A stretch of 64,000 nt of DNA from Malacoraja senta (lineage: Eukaryota). Below, in pieces: positions 1-12,359 of this stretch. Both the position numbers and the translations under genes were made by a program. The DNA lies in assembly GCA_038087875.1 (NCBI GenBank), contig CM075990.1:1178001-1242000 (forward strand), written 5' to 3'. Position 1 is the stretch's first letter, and each line of letters opens with the position of its first letter. Under the pieces are notes generated by a model. That model searched no databases. It had not been told where the DNA came from and saw only the letters and a program-made list of their open reading frames with translations.

Positions 1-469
1 TAGTTCCATTTGCTTGACTTTGGCCCATATCCCCTGAAAACGTTCCTATCCATGAACTTATCTGAATGTCTTTTCAAATGTATAATTGTACCCGCCTCTA
101 CCACTTCTTCTGGCAGCTTGTTCCACATAACTTCCACCCTCTGTGTGAAAACACAGGTCTCTTTTTAAAACTTTCCCCTCGCACCCATGTCTTCTAATTC
201 TCGATTCCCCTACTCTGGGATAAAGGCTGTGACCCGCATGTCTTTGGGATGTGGGAGGAAATCGCAGTGCACAGAGTTCACCCCTGGAGTTCGGCCCCTT
301 TGTCCATGATGAGACTGATGTCATGAGGTCAGGAGCTCAGTGACTTTGGCAAAACCCAAACTGAGCTTCTGTGAGCAGGTCGTTGCCAAGCAAGTGTCGC
401 CCGAGAGCACCATCGATTCTCACTTTCATCACTTTGCTGATGATCTAGAGATGACTGATACGATATGAT

Positions 470-1645
470 AGAACTTTATTTATCCCAGGAGGAAAATTAA
501 TTTGCCAACAGTCATAAAAAAACCATAATACATGAAACATGAAAATAAAGTGACGAGTGGTAAAGCTTTGGGGATGTGTAAAGATTGAGGAGGTTGGGGG
601 GGGGGGAGGGGGGAGTCAGTCTCAGTCTCAGTCTACCCCATGACAGAAGGGGGAGGAGTTGTAAAGTTTGATAGCCACAGGGAAGGATCTCCTGTGGCAT
701 TCTGTGCTGCATCTTGGTGGAACCAGTCTGTTGCTGAAGGTGCTCCTCAGGTTGACCAGTGTGTCATGGAGGGGGTGAGCTGTATTGTCCAGGATGCTCC
801 GCAGTTTGAGGAGCATCCTCCCCTCCAAGACCAACCTCCCGTGAATCCACCTCCGCCCCCAGGATGGAGCCAGTCTCCCTGATGAGTTTGTTGATTCTGT
901 TGGTGTCCGCAGCCTTCGCCCTGCTGCCCCAGCACACGGCAGTGAAGAAGATGGCACTGGCTACCACCGATTGGTAGAACATCTGCAGCATTTCACTGTA
1001 GGAATCATTGAAGGAGCAGAGCCTTCTCAAAAAGTACAGCCGGCTCTGTCCCTTCTTGTACAGGGCCTCAGCATTCCTGGACCAGTCCAGTTTACTGTCC
1101 AGGTAAACTCCCAGGTATTTGTACTCCCTGGTAAACTGCACATCCACATCATTGATGGAGACTGGGGACAGGGGTGTTCCTCTCCTCCTAACGTCCACCA
1201 CTAACTCCGTAGTCTTGTCGGTGTTGAGCTACATGTGATTCAGCCCACATCACTCAACAAAGTCGTTGACTATACGTCTGTTTTCAGCTTCCCTCCCCTC
1301 ACTGATGCAGCCCTCAATTGCAGACTCACCTGAAAATGTCTGCAGGTGGCAGGAGTCTGAGTTATATCTGATGTCCAAGGTGTAGATGGTGAACAGGAAG
1401 GGAGAGAGGACCATCCGCTGTGGGGCCCCTGTGTTGCTCACCACCATATCCAAGACATAGTTCTGTAGCCTGACATATTGTGGTCATCCAGTCAGGTCAT
1501 TGGTGATCCAGGACACCAATGGAGCATCCACCCGCATCTTCGTCAGTTTGCTCCCTAGCAGTGCAGGCCGGATGGTGTTAAAAGCACTGGAGAAGAAACA
1601 AAACATGACTCTCACAGTGCTACCTGGCTTATCCAGGTGAGCGGT
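470..1645 (-). mobile_element. Rex1/Babar-clade LINE, decayed RT and C-terminal fragment
   Basis: Minus-strand ORFs contain SSAFNTIRP, NTGAPQxxVLSPFLFTIYT and YKYLGVYLDSKLDWSRNAEALYKKGQSRLYFLRRL. Confidence 0.8.
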
Positions 1646-2434
1646 AATTGGGCAGTAATTATACACATTGGTGGTGGGTGTATTGAACGAGCTGCCAGAG
1701 GAAGTAGTTGAGGCAGGTACTATAACAACATGCAAAAGACACCTGGACAGGTACATGGATAGGACAGGTTTAGGGGGATATGGGCCAAACGTGGGCAGAT
1801 GGGACTAGTGTTGATGCGGCATCTTGGTCGGCATGGGCAAGTTGGGCTGAAGGGCCTGCTGTCATGCTGCATGACTATGAACTGCAATAACAAATGGAAA
1901 CCAAATACCCACCTCAATGAGTCCTCCCCTTTGTTCATCGCAAAGCTTTTCTTGTACACACACACGGAAAGAAGTGGCGACACAGGAGACTGCAGATGAT
2001 CGAGAGATGACAAAAGGATGGTAGTTGGCTGGGTTGGATTTGCCCTGCTCCTGTGGGCAGGACATACATGGCCAAAGCACCACATCGCTAGGTAGATGCA
2101 ATGTTGATGCAATACTGCAAGCACTTGACTAAACTGTGGAGCACAAGTTTTCAGCATCATTGTAGGAACCTAGAAACATAGAAAAATAGGTGCACGAGTA
2201 GGCTATTCAGCCCTTCGAGCCAGCACTGAGAAAGTATACTAGCAGAACCAAACGCAGTGGAAAAATACAGAAAACAGTGGTAGAATACAGAGCACCAAAT
2301 ATGGAGTGGAAATTTACACAAATTCAACTTATTCAGGGCCGTATCTGAACTATCAGTAGGGAGTCATTTGTTTCTCAGTATATGATCATCGGGAATATCC
2401 TGCTACCGTTGTTATACTTGCAATAACAAGATGC

Positions 2435-3760
2435 AGCCTCCCCGTTCTTGCCACCAAAGTGGATAACCTCACATTTATCCACATTATACAGCATCTGATA
2501 TGCATCTGCACACTCACCCAACCTATCCAAGTTACCCTGCAGTCTCCTAGCATCCTCATTGCAGCTCACACTGCCACCCAGCTTTGTGTCATTCGCAAAC
2601 TTAATTCCCTCGTCTAAATCGTTAATATATATTGTAAATAACTGGAGTCCCAGCACTGAGCCTTGCGGCACCCCACTAGTCGCTGCCTGCCATTCTGAAA
2701 ATGACCTGTTAATTCCTACTCTTTGCTTTCTGTCTGGCAACCAGTTCTCTATCCATGTCAATACCCTACCCCCAATACCATGTGCTCTAATTTTGCACAC
2801 TAATCTTTTGTCTGGGACCTTGTTAAAGGCATTTTGAAAGTCCAGATACACCACATCCACTGGCTCTCCCTTATCCATTCTACTTGTTACATCCTCAAAA
2901 AATTCCAGAAGATCAGTCAAGCATGATTTCCCCTTCATAAATCCATGCTGACTTTGACCAATCCTGTCACTGCTTTCCAAATGCACTGCTACAACATCTT
3001 TAACAATCGACACAAGCATCTTCCCCACAACCGATGTAAGGCTAACTGGTTTATAATTCCCCGTTTTCTCTCTCCTTCCTTTCTTACATTGGCTACCCTC
3101 CAGTCCACAGGAACTGATCCAGAGTCAAGAGAACATTGGAAAATGATCACCAATGCATCCACAATTTCTAGGGGCACCTCCTTGAGTACTCTGGGATGCA
3201 GACCATCAGGCACTGGGGATTTATCTGCCTTCAGCCCCAACAGTTTACCTAACACCATTTCCTGACTAATGTGGATTCCCTTCTGTTCCTCTCTCCCACT
3301 AGATCCTCGGTACCCTAGTATTTGTGGGAGATTGTTTGTATCTTCCTTAGTGAAGACAGAACCAAAGTACTCGTTTAACTGTTCCGCCATTTCTTTGTTT
3401 CCCATTATAAATTTGCCTGTCTCTGATTGTAAGGGACCTACATTTGTCTTCACTAATCTTTTCCTTTTTACATATCTAAAGAAGCTTTTACAGTCAGTTT
3501 TTATATTCCCTGAAAGCTTCCTTTCATGCTCTTCCCCCCCCCCCCTGGTAATTAACCCCTTTGTCCTCCACTGTTGAGTTCTAAATTTCTCCCAGTCCTC
3601 CGGTTTGCTGCTTCCTCGGGCCAATTTAGATACTTTTCCTTGGATTTAACACAATCCTCGATTTCCCTCGTTAGCCACGGTTGAGCAGCCTTCCCCGTTT
3701 TATTTTTTCACCAGACAGGGATGAACAATTTTTGGAGTTCATCCATGCGGTCTTTAAAGT
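2435..3760 (-). mobile_element. CR1 (HER1-like) LINE ORF2 fragment
   Basis: [44 protein letters not shown]; frameshifted. Confidence 0.9.
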
Positions 3761-6504
3761 TTGTGTGATCATTTTCTGAATAGTTTCATCCTAACACTGC
3801 ACACAGCAGCACAGTGGGGCAGCTGGTACAGTTGCTGCCTCACTTCATCAGAGACCCAGGTTCGATCCTGATCACCCGTACTGTCTATGTATGGAGTTTG
3901 CATGTTCTACCTGTGACCATATGGGTTTCCTCCGGGTGCTCCGGTTTCCTCCCACATCCCAAAGACGTGCGGGTTTGTAGGTTAGCACTCTGTAAATTGC
4001 CCCAGTGTGTATGGAGTGGATGAGAAAGTGGAATAACATCGAACTAGTGTGAATGGGCGATGGATGATCGGTACACTCGATGGGCCAAGGGCTCGTTTCC
4101 TTGCTGTCTCTAAACTAAAAAAAACGGAACAGGTTAGTGAAAGAGCTGATGTCAAGCTGTTGACGTAACATATTGTGTCATATCTCCTCTGTCTCCAGTG
4201 GAATCTGAATAATGCTAAAGCTACAGAAATGTGTTGCACCAGCGGAAATATCTGAAAAAAAAATATTTTTACTGATGGACTTCTTCTTTTATGGTTTCCA
4301 AATGGATAAGTCTCTTTGTGCAACAGGGGCCTGAGCTATTCCAACAGCTGAAACAGGCGGTGGTGTGACCCTCCTACCCAATGTCATCAACCTCTCCTCA
4401 CCCTTCATTCCCCACAGTGCTGGTATCTCAGCTTCACACAGTCTTGTACTGCAGAGTATTAGTTTGATGTGGATCTGGTGCTTCCTATGGTAGGCCCCGC
4501 AGGAGCCTGGGGCTCGGCTGGACCGGTCCCTGCTCCAAGAGGCCGAGCGTGTGGACCAGACCCGGCGTACAGCGGTGGAGCAGCACCGGAGGACACCACG
4601 GCTACGCTTGGCCAGGCCAACCCTGCAACGTCGCCATGACAACGGGCCTTCATGGTCAGGTCAAGTTCCCTGCACTAACAACAACAGGGACTTGAAAATG
4701 GCGGCAAACTTGTGACTCTGTATCCTGTCTCAGTGTACTACTGCTATACACATGCACAGTATCTGAGATGCTTATCTAACATGTATATAAGTGCTTATGT
4801 ATAGTGATATATGTAATGTACTGAACTGTATACAAAAACTAATTTCACTGTATCTCGGTTCATAGGACAATAAATTACCATTGAACCACTGAAATGGTAC
4901 TGAGGATCAAGGTTATCCTGGAGAATGGAAAACCCTAGCCCTACCATGGTTCCACATGGTTTAGGGTGGCTCGGCAGCGCAGTGGTAGAGTTGCCGCCTC
5001 ACAGCACCAGTGACCCGGGTTCGATCCTGACTACGGGTGCTGCCTGTATGGAGTTTGTACGTTCTCCCCGTGACCACGTGGGTTTTTTCCACGTGCTCCG
5101 GTTTCCTCCCACACGCCAAAGACATACAGGTTTGAAGGTTAATTGGCTTCTGTAAATTATCCCTAGTGCGTAGAATAGAACCATTCTATGGATGAGCGTT
5201 GCATCAGGAAGTCTGGAAATATTCTCAAGTTTGCCAGCCACCTCCTCTACCTTGTGGGAGAAGATCATAAGATCGTGATAGCAGAATTAGGCCATTTGGC
5301 CCTTCATGTCTACTCTGCCATTCACTGATGGTTGATGTATCTCTCCCTCTCAACCCCATTCTCCTGCCTTCTCCCCATAACCTCTGACACCCGTACTGAT
5401 CAAGAATCTATCTATCTCTGCCTTCAAAATATCCACTGACTTGGCCTTCACAGCCTTCTGTGGCAAAGAATTCCACAGATTCACCACCCTCTGTCTCCAA
5501 CCACCTGTCTCTGTCCCTTTACAAAGTATCTAGAAATAGCTGAGAGCCCAAGCACTGGGACAATATTGACAATGTAGAACCAAAAACGATGGATAAAGAG
5601 AAGGGAGAATAGGAAGCAAATTAGTGGAAAATATAAAGATGGGCAGCAGGACCTTCTGTGGTTAGTGGAAAGGAAAATACTAGCAAGGACAAACTTGAGT
5701 GCCACGGTAAGTTCACAGACAACACGGAGTCCCTTAGAATTAGGGACAGGAGACTTTACAAATGGGAAAAAAGAAAATGGCAGAGGAATTAAACAGATTA
5801 ACCAAAACCATTATTTCCTCATCAATCAATTCTGGACATTCCTACACGTTGGGGGGGGGGGGGGGGAGGGGGGGGGGTAGAAATGTGATCCTGCTATCTA
5901 AAAAATGAGGGAGAGAGAAACAAGGAGTGCCTGGAATGCCAAGGTTATGAGTATGTTAGCCTGACATCGGTAATTGAGAAAACACAGGAGACTGTAATTG
6001 AGGAAGTGATGTCAAGATACTTAGAAAATAGCAATATATGTTTAAGAAAGGAAAATCATGTTCTGCTTATGGATATATGCTCGAGACAGAGTGTTTAATT
6101 GTCATATGTACCGAAAACCAGAACAATTAATTTCTTACTTGCAGCAACATAACCTCTGCAAACACAGTACTCATAGGTAACATAATAGAGACATAGAGTG
6201 ATACAGCGTGGAAACAGGCCCTTCGACCCGACTTGCCCTCACTGGCCAACATGTCCCAGCTACACTTGTCCCACCTGCCCGCATTTGGCCAGTATCCCTC
6301 CAAACCTGTCCTATCCATGTACCCGTCCTACTAACTAAATAATAAACCCAAAAAATTAAATAAATTAAAGAAATCAATATTGGTGCACGAAAAAGTCTCT
6401 CGTACAACGAAGCCAGTTTGTAGCTGTGTGCAATACCAGTTCAGCACTTGTAGTCTTCAAGTTATCTGACTAGTTGCATAAATAAGGGAACACGCAGAAC
6501 ACGG

Positions 6505-6800
6505 TGGGTGGCCACGGTGACGCAGCGGTAGAGTTGCGGTGCCGGAGACCCAGGTTCGATCCCGACTATGGGTGCTGTCTGTGCGGAGTTTGTAAATTCT
6601 CCCCGTGACTGCGTGGGTTTTGTCCGAGATCTTTGGTTTCCTCCCACACTCCAAAGACGTAGGTTTTATTGGCTTGTTGTATGTGGAAATTGTCCCTAGT
6701 GTGTGCAGGATAGTGTTAATGTGCGGGGATCGCTGGTTGGTGCGGACTCAGTGGGTCGAAAGGCCTGTTTCCACGCTGTATCACTAAACTAAACTAAACA
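6505..6800 (+). mobile_element. HE1-type tRNA-derived V-SINE (representative of ~20 copies)
   Basis: A-box/B-box head (GGTGxCGCAGCGGTAGAG...GGTTCGATCCC), conserved core, CR1-like tail with (TAAAC)n. Other copies near 3805(+), 4965(+), 9139(-), 13235(+), 25351(+), 30430(-), 31750(+), 34350(+), 35517(-), 38315(-), 40330(+), 58355(+), 62318(+). Confidence 0.85.
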
Positions 6801-7554
6801 CAGGTTTTTGGATTTTCGGTCTTTTGGATTTCACTGCTGGTGCACATGGCATTGATGGTGATATCATCGCCTGGATTGAGAGCTGGTTAACAGGTTGACT
6901 ACTGATGATCTGGTCCTGGTTGTTGGGCTGTGGTTAGTGGGAGCTGCAGGGACTGTTCCTGGCAGCTATTGTCTGGTTTGGACGAACGGGATGAAATCAG
7001 CCAAAACTCAAAGCATCACAGCTCAGAATTCATCTAATGCTTATTGACACCATGACACAACTACTAAATACCAATTATACAACATATGTTACACGGTGGG
7101 GTAGCAGTTAGTGCAGATGTCAGCTTCAGCGACCTGAGTTTGATCTTGACCTCTGGTGCTGTCTGTGTGGTGTTTGCATGCTCTCCCTGTGCGTGTGTCC
7201 AAAATGATTACATCCGTGATAACGGATTGAATGGCCCTATAGCAGAAGCGTCCACGTCGCGGGGTTGGAAACTGGAAGTATCCTGAGCTAATTCTGCTAC
7301 CACCATCATCTATTGCAACAAGTGATGGCTTCCACTGATTGTCGACGGAAGCTTGCGTCCTTTTCAGGATGGACGGTGACAGCTAGGTCAACATTTGTAA
7401 CAAAATGGACTCGAAAGAAGAAGAATGGATTGAATCCAACCCTCCTTTTGTGATCGTCCCTTCTGTGTCCAGCTTATTCTACGCACCTTAACCCAATCAC
7501 TCCTGCATCATCAATTTTCAATGAAACAATGTGATCAGAAATCCACTCCTGCCT

Positions 7555-8635
7555 CAGAAGTGACCTGGATCCACTTCAGTTTCCCTATCGCCACAACAGG
7601 CCATCAGCAGATGTGACCCCACTGGCTCTCCACTCTGCCCTGGACCACCTAGATAACAGGAACACATACGTCAGGCTTCTCTTCATTGACTCCAGCTTGG
7701 TGTTCAACATTGTCACCCCCTCCAAACTCACCAAGCTCCGAGACCTTGGTCTCTGCACCCTCTACAACTGGACCTTGACTTCCTCATCAGCAGATAGTGT
7801 AGATAGTTACAAAATGTTGGAGTAACTCAGCGGGACAGGCAGCATCTCTGGAGAGAAGGAATGGATGACGTTTCGGGTCGAGACCCTTCTTCAGACTGGT
7901 AACAACATCTCCTCCTCACTGACCATCAACACAGGGGCACCTTATGGTTGCGTGCCTAGCCCCCTGCTCCACTCTCCTCACACCCACGACTGTGGCTAAG
8001 CACGGCTCCAATGCCAACTATAAATGTGCCGATGCCACCACTGTTGTTGGTCAAATCTCGTTTGGTGATGAGCCAGTGTACAGGAGATGGAACAACAACC
8101 TTGTTGTTGAGTGATGCTGAAAACAACAACCTTGCTCTCAATGTCGGTGATACCAAGGAACTAATTATTGATTTCAGAACAAGGGAAGTCGGGATAACCC
8201 GTGCTAGTTTTCATTGGTGGGTCGGCAGTGGAGAGAGTTAGTAGCTTCAAATTCCTGAGGTTTAACATCATAGAAGACTAGTCCTGGGCCAATACTTGGA
8301 TGTAATCATGAAGAACGTGTACCCGTTCTCTACTTCCATCGAAGTTTCAAGAGATTCAAACAAGCTTGCTTATTGTCATTGCGCAAGTAGATGCACTGAT
8401 CGCGTCATGGCCTGGTTTGGCAATGCCATCACACATGGGGAACTCAAGAGGCTGCAGAGAGTGGTGGACTCAGCCCGGTCCATGACAGGCACCAATGAAA
8501 GCATCTACATGAGGTGCTGCCTCAAGAAGGTGGATTCTATCATAAAGGATCCCCACCATCTTGCCCTTGTCTTGCGATTACCATTGAACTGGATGTACAG
8601 AAGCTTGACTCCCATACCACTAGGTTCAGGAACAG
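7555..8635 (+). mobile_element. Decayed Rex/Babar-like LINE RT fragment, interrupted by a PLE terminus at ~7805-7900
   Basis: ALHSALDHLDNRNTYVRLLFIDSSLVFN and AWFGN...KRLQRVVDSAR motifs. Confidence 0.7.
7867..7894 (-). ncRNA. Minimal hammerhead motif in a solo PLE terminus
   Basis: Exact reverse complement of the 25004-25031 motif. Confidence 0.6.
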
Positions 8636-9711
8636 ATACATTATTGGTTCTTTATTATCACAGATGCACTGCACAGACAAATTCTTTTTACACAGCACAC
8701 ACAAGCACAAGTCGTCATATTTTGGCACCATTTACAAAAGAAAATGACCAAAGTCCAAAGTCCACACCGCAAACCAACGTCCCTCTCCTCGCCCGACCTC
8801 CTTTGTATTACAGGGGCACCTCCTGCAGCCGACCTTGAAGGCGGTGGAGGCAATACCCCGGTCCCTCTCCAACCGGCCCACCCCTCACGTCCGTCGTCAT
8901 CAGTGGATCCCTCCACCTCTGCTCTGCATCCGACAACTATACAGATTTGAACTGACCTGCACAATCCTACCTTGGCAATGTAACACTACAGCCCACCTCT
9001 TGCACCAACATGGACGATTCTAGTTGTGTGTTTTTTGCACTAATGTCCTTTGGGATTTTTGCAGTCTTTTACCTTTCTCTAACTTGTAGAATTTAGGTGT
9101 AATTTATGAAAAGCGTGTTTCTGTGCATTGACTGAGTCTAGTTTAGTCTAGTTTAGAGATACAGCATGGAAACGGGCCTTTCAGCCCACCAAGTCCACAC
9201 CGAACCCGTTCACACTAGTTCTCCGTTATCCCACTTTCTCATCCAACACACACTAGGGAAAATGTACAATTTTTACCAAAACCAATTATAAGTATAAGTA
9301 TTTTTATTAGTCACATTCACATACACCCAGGTGTAGTGAAGTGAAATGATTCTTGCCATTATGCAGCACACAAAAGAAGAGAATACAAACATAACACCAA
9401 GATAGTCTTAACACAAAGAACATCCTCCCACAATGGCTCCCACCATGAGGGAAGGCACAAAGTCCAGTCCCCAACCCCAGTTCACCCATTAACCCACAAA
9501 CCTGCAGGTCTTTGGTATGTGGGAGGAAACCGGAGCAACCGGAGGAAACCCACAAGGTCACAGGGAGAATGTACAAACTCCGTACAGACAGCAGCTGTAG
9601 TCGTGATTTCTCCCGGTCTCTGGCGCTGTGAGGCAGCAACTCTACCGCTGCACCACCTTGCAGCCTGGTTGGTCTAAAGTTACTAAAAGTTCAGAGCATG
9701 CTGTGATGGAA

Positions 9712-10170
9712 CCTTTTTTATTTATTTAGTTTGTTATACATTTACACGTGCTTTAATTCAAGCAAACAAACAAATATACAGAGTATCACAACCAAAGACT
9801 GCCTTTGTGGCAGTTTACAAAACAATAGTCATCAAATTAAAATAACGTCAACATCATCAATATTACACTCGACCTCCCGCAGTGACCAGCGTTCATGGAA
9901 GGCCTCCAGAGTCCCCGTGGACACCACGTGTTCCTTCTCCAGGGATTCGCAGGCACGGACATAGGCCCGGAAAAGGGGCAGGCAGCCGACTCCGGTGTGG
10001 CCGTCAACTACCTGCTGCCTGGACCCGCGAAAGGCCATCTTGGCCAGGCCCAGGAGCAAACCGACAGGGAGACCCCCCCCGCCTCCCAACCCTCCCCACT
10101 CTGTACCGGGTGACCAACTATCAGGAGCGTGGGGCTGAAATGCAGCCAAAACTTGAGGAGCAACCCCTTC
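9712..10170 (-). mobile_element. L1/Tx1-clade LINE 3' fragment
   Basis: LLLGLAKMA...CLPLFRAYVRA..SLEKEHVVSTGTLEAFHERW resembles the Tx1 ORF2 C-terminus; A-rich tail (T-run on + at ~9714). Confidence 0.65.
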
Positions 10171-10369
10171 AGATACTGTGATGGAACTTGGGTGCCATGA
10201 GTTACACAGCATTGAGTCAGGTTTGGAAACCCACCTTGTTACTGGGAGAACGTGCAAACTCCACACAGACAGCTCCCACGGTCAGGATTGAATCCTGGTG
10301 GTTAGTGATGGGGAGGGGTTCCCTGACTGAGAGCCCTGAACCAGGGACCACAGTCTGACTCCCACAGGT

Positions 10370-10850
10370 GCTCCATAGAAAGCATTTTATCAGGATGTAT
10401 CACAGCATGGTTTGGGAACAGTTCCATCTAAGAGCAAGAAATTGGAGCGAATTGTGGACGCAGCCCAGACCCTCATGCAAACCAACCTCCTTTCCATTGA
10501 CTCCATCTTCGGCAAGGCCAGCAGCATAATCAAGGACCAGTCTCACCCCGGTCACTCCCTCATCTCCCCTCTCCCCTCTCCCATCGGGCAAGAGGTGTAG
10601 AAGTATGAAAACGCACCCCTCCAGATTCAGGGTCAGTTTCTTCCCGGCTGTTATCAGACAACTATCACCAACCTGACCTCCCATCTACCTCATTGGAGAC
10701 CATTGGACTATCTTTAATTGGACTTTACTGGACTTTCTGCACTAAACATGCTTCGCTTTATTTTGTATCTGTACACTGTAGATTACTCGGTTGTAATTAA
10801 GTATAGATTCTCCGCTGACTGGTTTAGCACCACACAAAAGCTTTTCACCG
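10370..10850 (+). mobile_element. Rex/Babar-like LINE 3' end
   Basis: KKLERIVDAAQ..., KASSIIKDQSHPGHSL; related 3' ends at ~21059-21375 (-), 46250-46995 (-) and 47045-47335 (-). Confidence 0.6.
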
Positions 10851-11139
10851 CGTAGGAAGAAACTGCAGATGCTGGTTTAAATCGAAGGCAGACACAAAAA
10901 GCTGGAGTAACTCAGCGGGTCAGGCAGCATCTGTGGAGAGGAAGGGTCTCGACCCGAAGCATCAACTCTTCCTTTTCTCCAGAGGAAACAGGCTGAGCCG
11001 CTGTTACTCCAACCTGTTGTCTCTGTGAAAACTAAAGCTTCCCCTGTTCTTCGGTTACACATGGACAATAAACTAAACCTGTTTAGGTCTGAGGGGAGGA
11101 GAAATGTCCTGACTGCGAACCGAGGGTGGTGAGTGTTTG

Positions 11140-11374
11140 GGAAGCAGGGAGAGGAGAGGGAGAGGGAGAGGGAGAGGGAGAGGGACGGACACGGGGGGTG
11201 GGACGGGCACAGGGGGCGGGGGCACTCCGCCCCACAGGCGCCGGTCGGCTGAGCATCAGAACCCACAGCCCGGCTCCTCTTGTCCGGACCAGCACCCAGC
11301 CCGGAGTCTGCACCCAGCCCGGAGTCTGCACCCAGCCCGGAGTCTGCACCCAGCCCAGCCCGGGAGCTCACACC
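11140..11374 (+). promoter_or_regulatory. GC-rich, TATA-less putative ALOX5 promoter/5'UTR with GC boxes
   Basis: CpG-rich; GGGGCGGGG near 11213 and CCGCCC near 11227; (GAGAGG)n at 11148-11184; no TATA box seen; lies immediately upstream of the ATG. Confidence 0.6.
11292..11356 (+). repeat. 18-bp tandem repeat (GCACCCAGCCCGGAGTCT x ~3.6) just upstream of the ALOX5 ATG
   Basis: Three perfect units plus a partial unit, read directly. Confidence 0.95.
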
Positions 11375-11521
11375 ATGATCTACACGGTGACGGTGGCCAC
11401 GGGCCACCAGTGGTTCGCGGGCACGGACGACTACATCTTCCTGACGCTGGTGGGCAGCGAGGGCAACAGCGAGCGCACACTGCTCGACAAGCCGCTCTAT
11501 GATGACTTCGAGCGGGGAGCG
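11375..11521 (+). CDS. ALOX5: Arachidonate 5-lipoxygenase coding exon 1 (PLAT domain N-terminus)
   Basis: CACC-ATG at 11375; translates [49 protein letters not shown], nearly identical to the vertebrate ALOX5 N-terminus; donor GTGAGA at 11522 (phase 0). Confidence 0.96.
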
Positions 11522-11559
11522 GTGAGAGCCCGTCCTCGGTAGCGCGGCTCCAGAGCAAC

Positions 11560-12335
11560 GCACTCCCTCCCTCGCTCCCTCCCTGCCCCCGATTTCACCT
11601 CCTCCTCCTTGATCCCCTCACCATCCCACCTCTCCTCTCACCCTTCCATCCCAACTCCACTCTCCCCTCGCACCTCATCCAGCCTCTCCCCCTCCTCACC
11701 CCCCCTCACCCCCCTCTCCCCCTCCTCACCCCCCTCTCCCCCTCCTCACCCCCCTCCACCCCCCTCTCCCCCTCCTCACCCCCCCTCACCCCCCTCTGCC
11801 CTCCTCATCCCCCCTCACCCCCTCTCCCCCTCCTCATCCCCCCTCACCCCCTCCTCAACCCCTCTCAACCCCCTCTCCCCCTCCTCATCCCCCCTCGCCC
11901 CCCTCTCCCCCACCTCACCCCCCTCACCCCCTCTCCCCCTCCTCACCCCCTCCTCAACCCCCTCTCCCCCATCTCATCCCCCTCTCCCCCATCTCAACCC
12001 CCTCTCCCCCATCTCATCCCCCTCTCACCCCCCTCTCCCCCACATCATCCCCCTCCTCACCCCCTCTCCCCCTCTCCCCTCCTCATCCCCATCTCCCCCT
12101 CCTCACCCCCACTCCCCCTCCTCACCCCGTCCTCATCCCCCCTCTCCCCCACTCACCCCCTCCTCACCTCCCTCTTCCCCTCCCCCTCCTCAACCCCCTC
12201 TCCCCCTCCTCACCCCCCTCTCCCCCTCCACATCCCTCCTCTCCCCCACCTCATCCCCCCTCTCCCCCACCTCACCCCCCTCACCCCCCTTCTCCCCTCC
12301 CAGCTCCCATCACACCCCCCCTCTCCTATCTCTCA
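11560..12335. repeat. C-rich polypyrimidine low-complexity tract (CCCCCTCTCCCCCTCCTCA-like units) at the start of intron 1
   Basis: About 770 nt almost free of G on the + strand. Confidence 0.95.
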
Positions 12336-12359
12336 CCACGTTTCAGAACCAAATGTCTC

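Noticed and set aside
4289..4900. GC-rich ORFs upstream of ALOX5 suggesting a neighbouring gene exon
   Set aside because: No recognisable protein; followed by an AATTTCACTG...GACAATAAA tail typical of the retroposon 3' ends seen elsewhere in the window
6510..6570. tRNA-like A/B boxes (also at 41640, 4970 and others)
   Set aside because: Heads of HE1 SINEs, always followed by SINE core and tail; not tRNA genes
7200..7500. CpG-retaining non-repetitive-looking segment
   Set aside because: No ORF, structure or terminal features that I can support
11126..11374. 83-codon N-terminal extension of ALOX5 from GTG 11126
   Set aside because: No upstream ATG, composed of simple repeats; ATG 11375 has good context and matches the orthologous start
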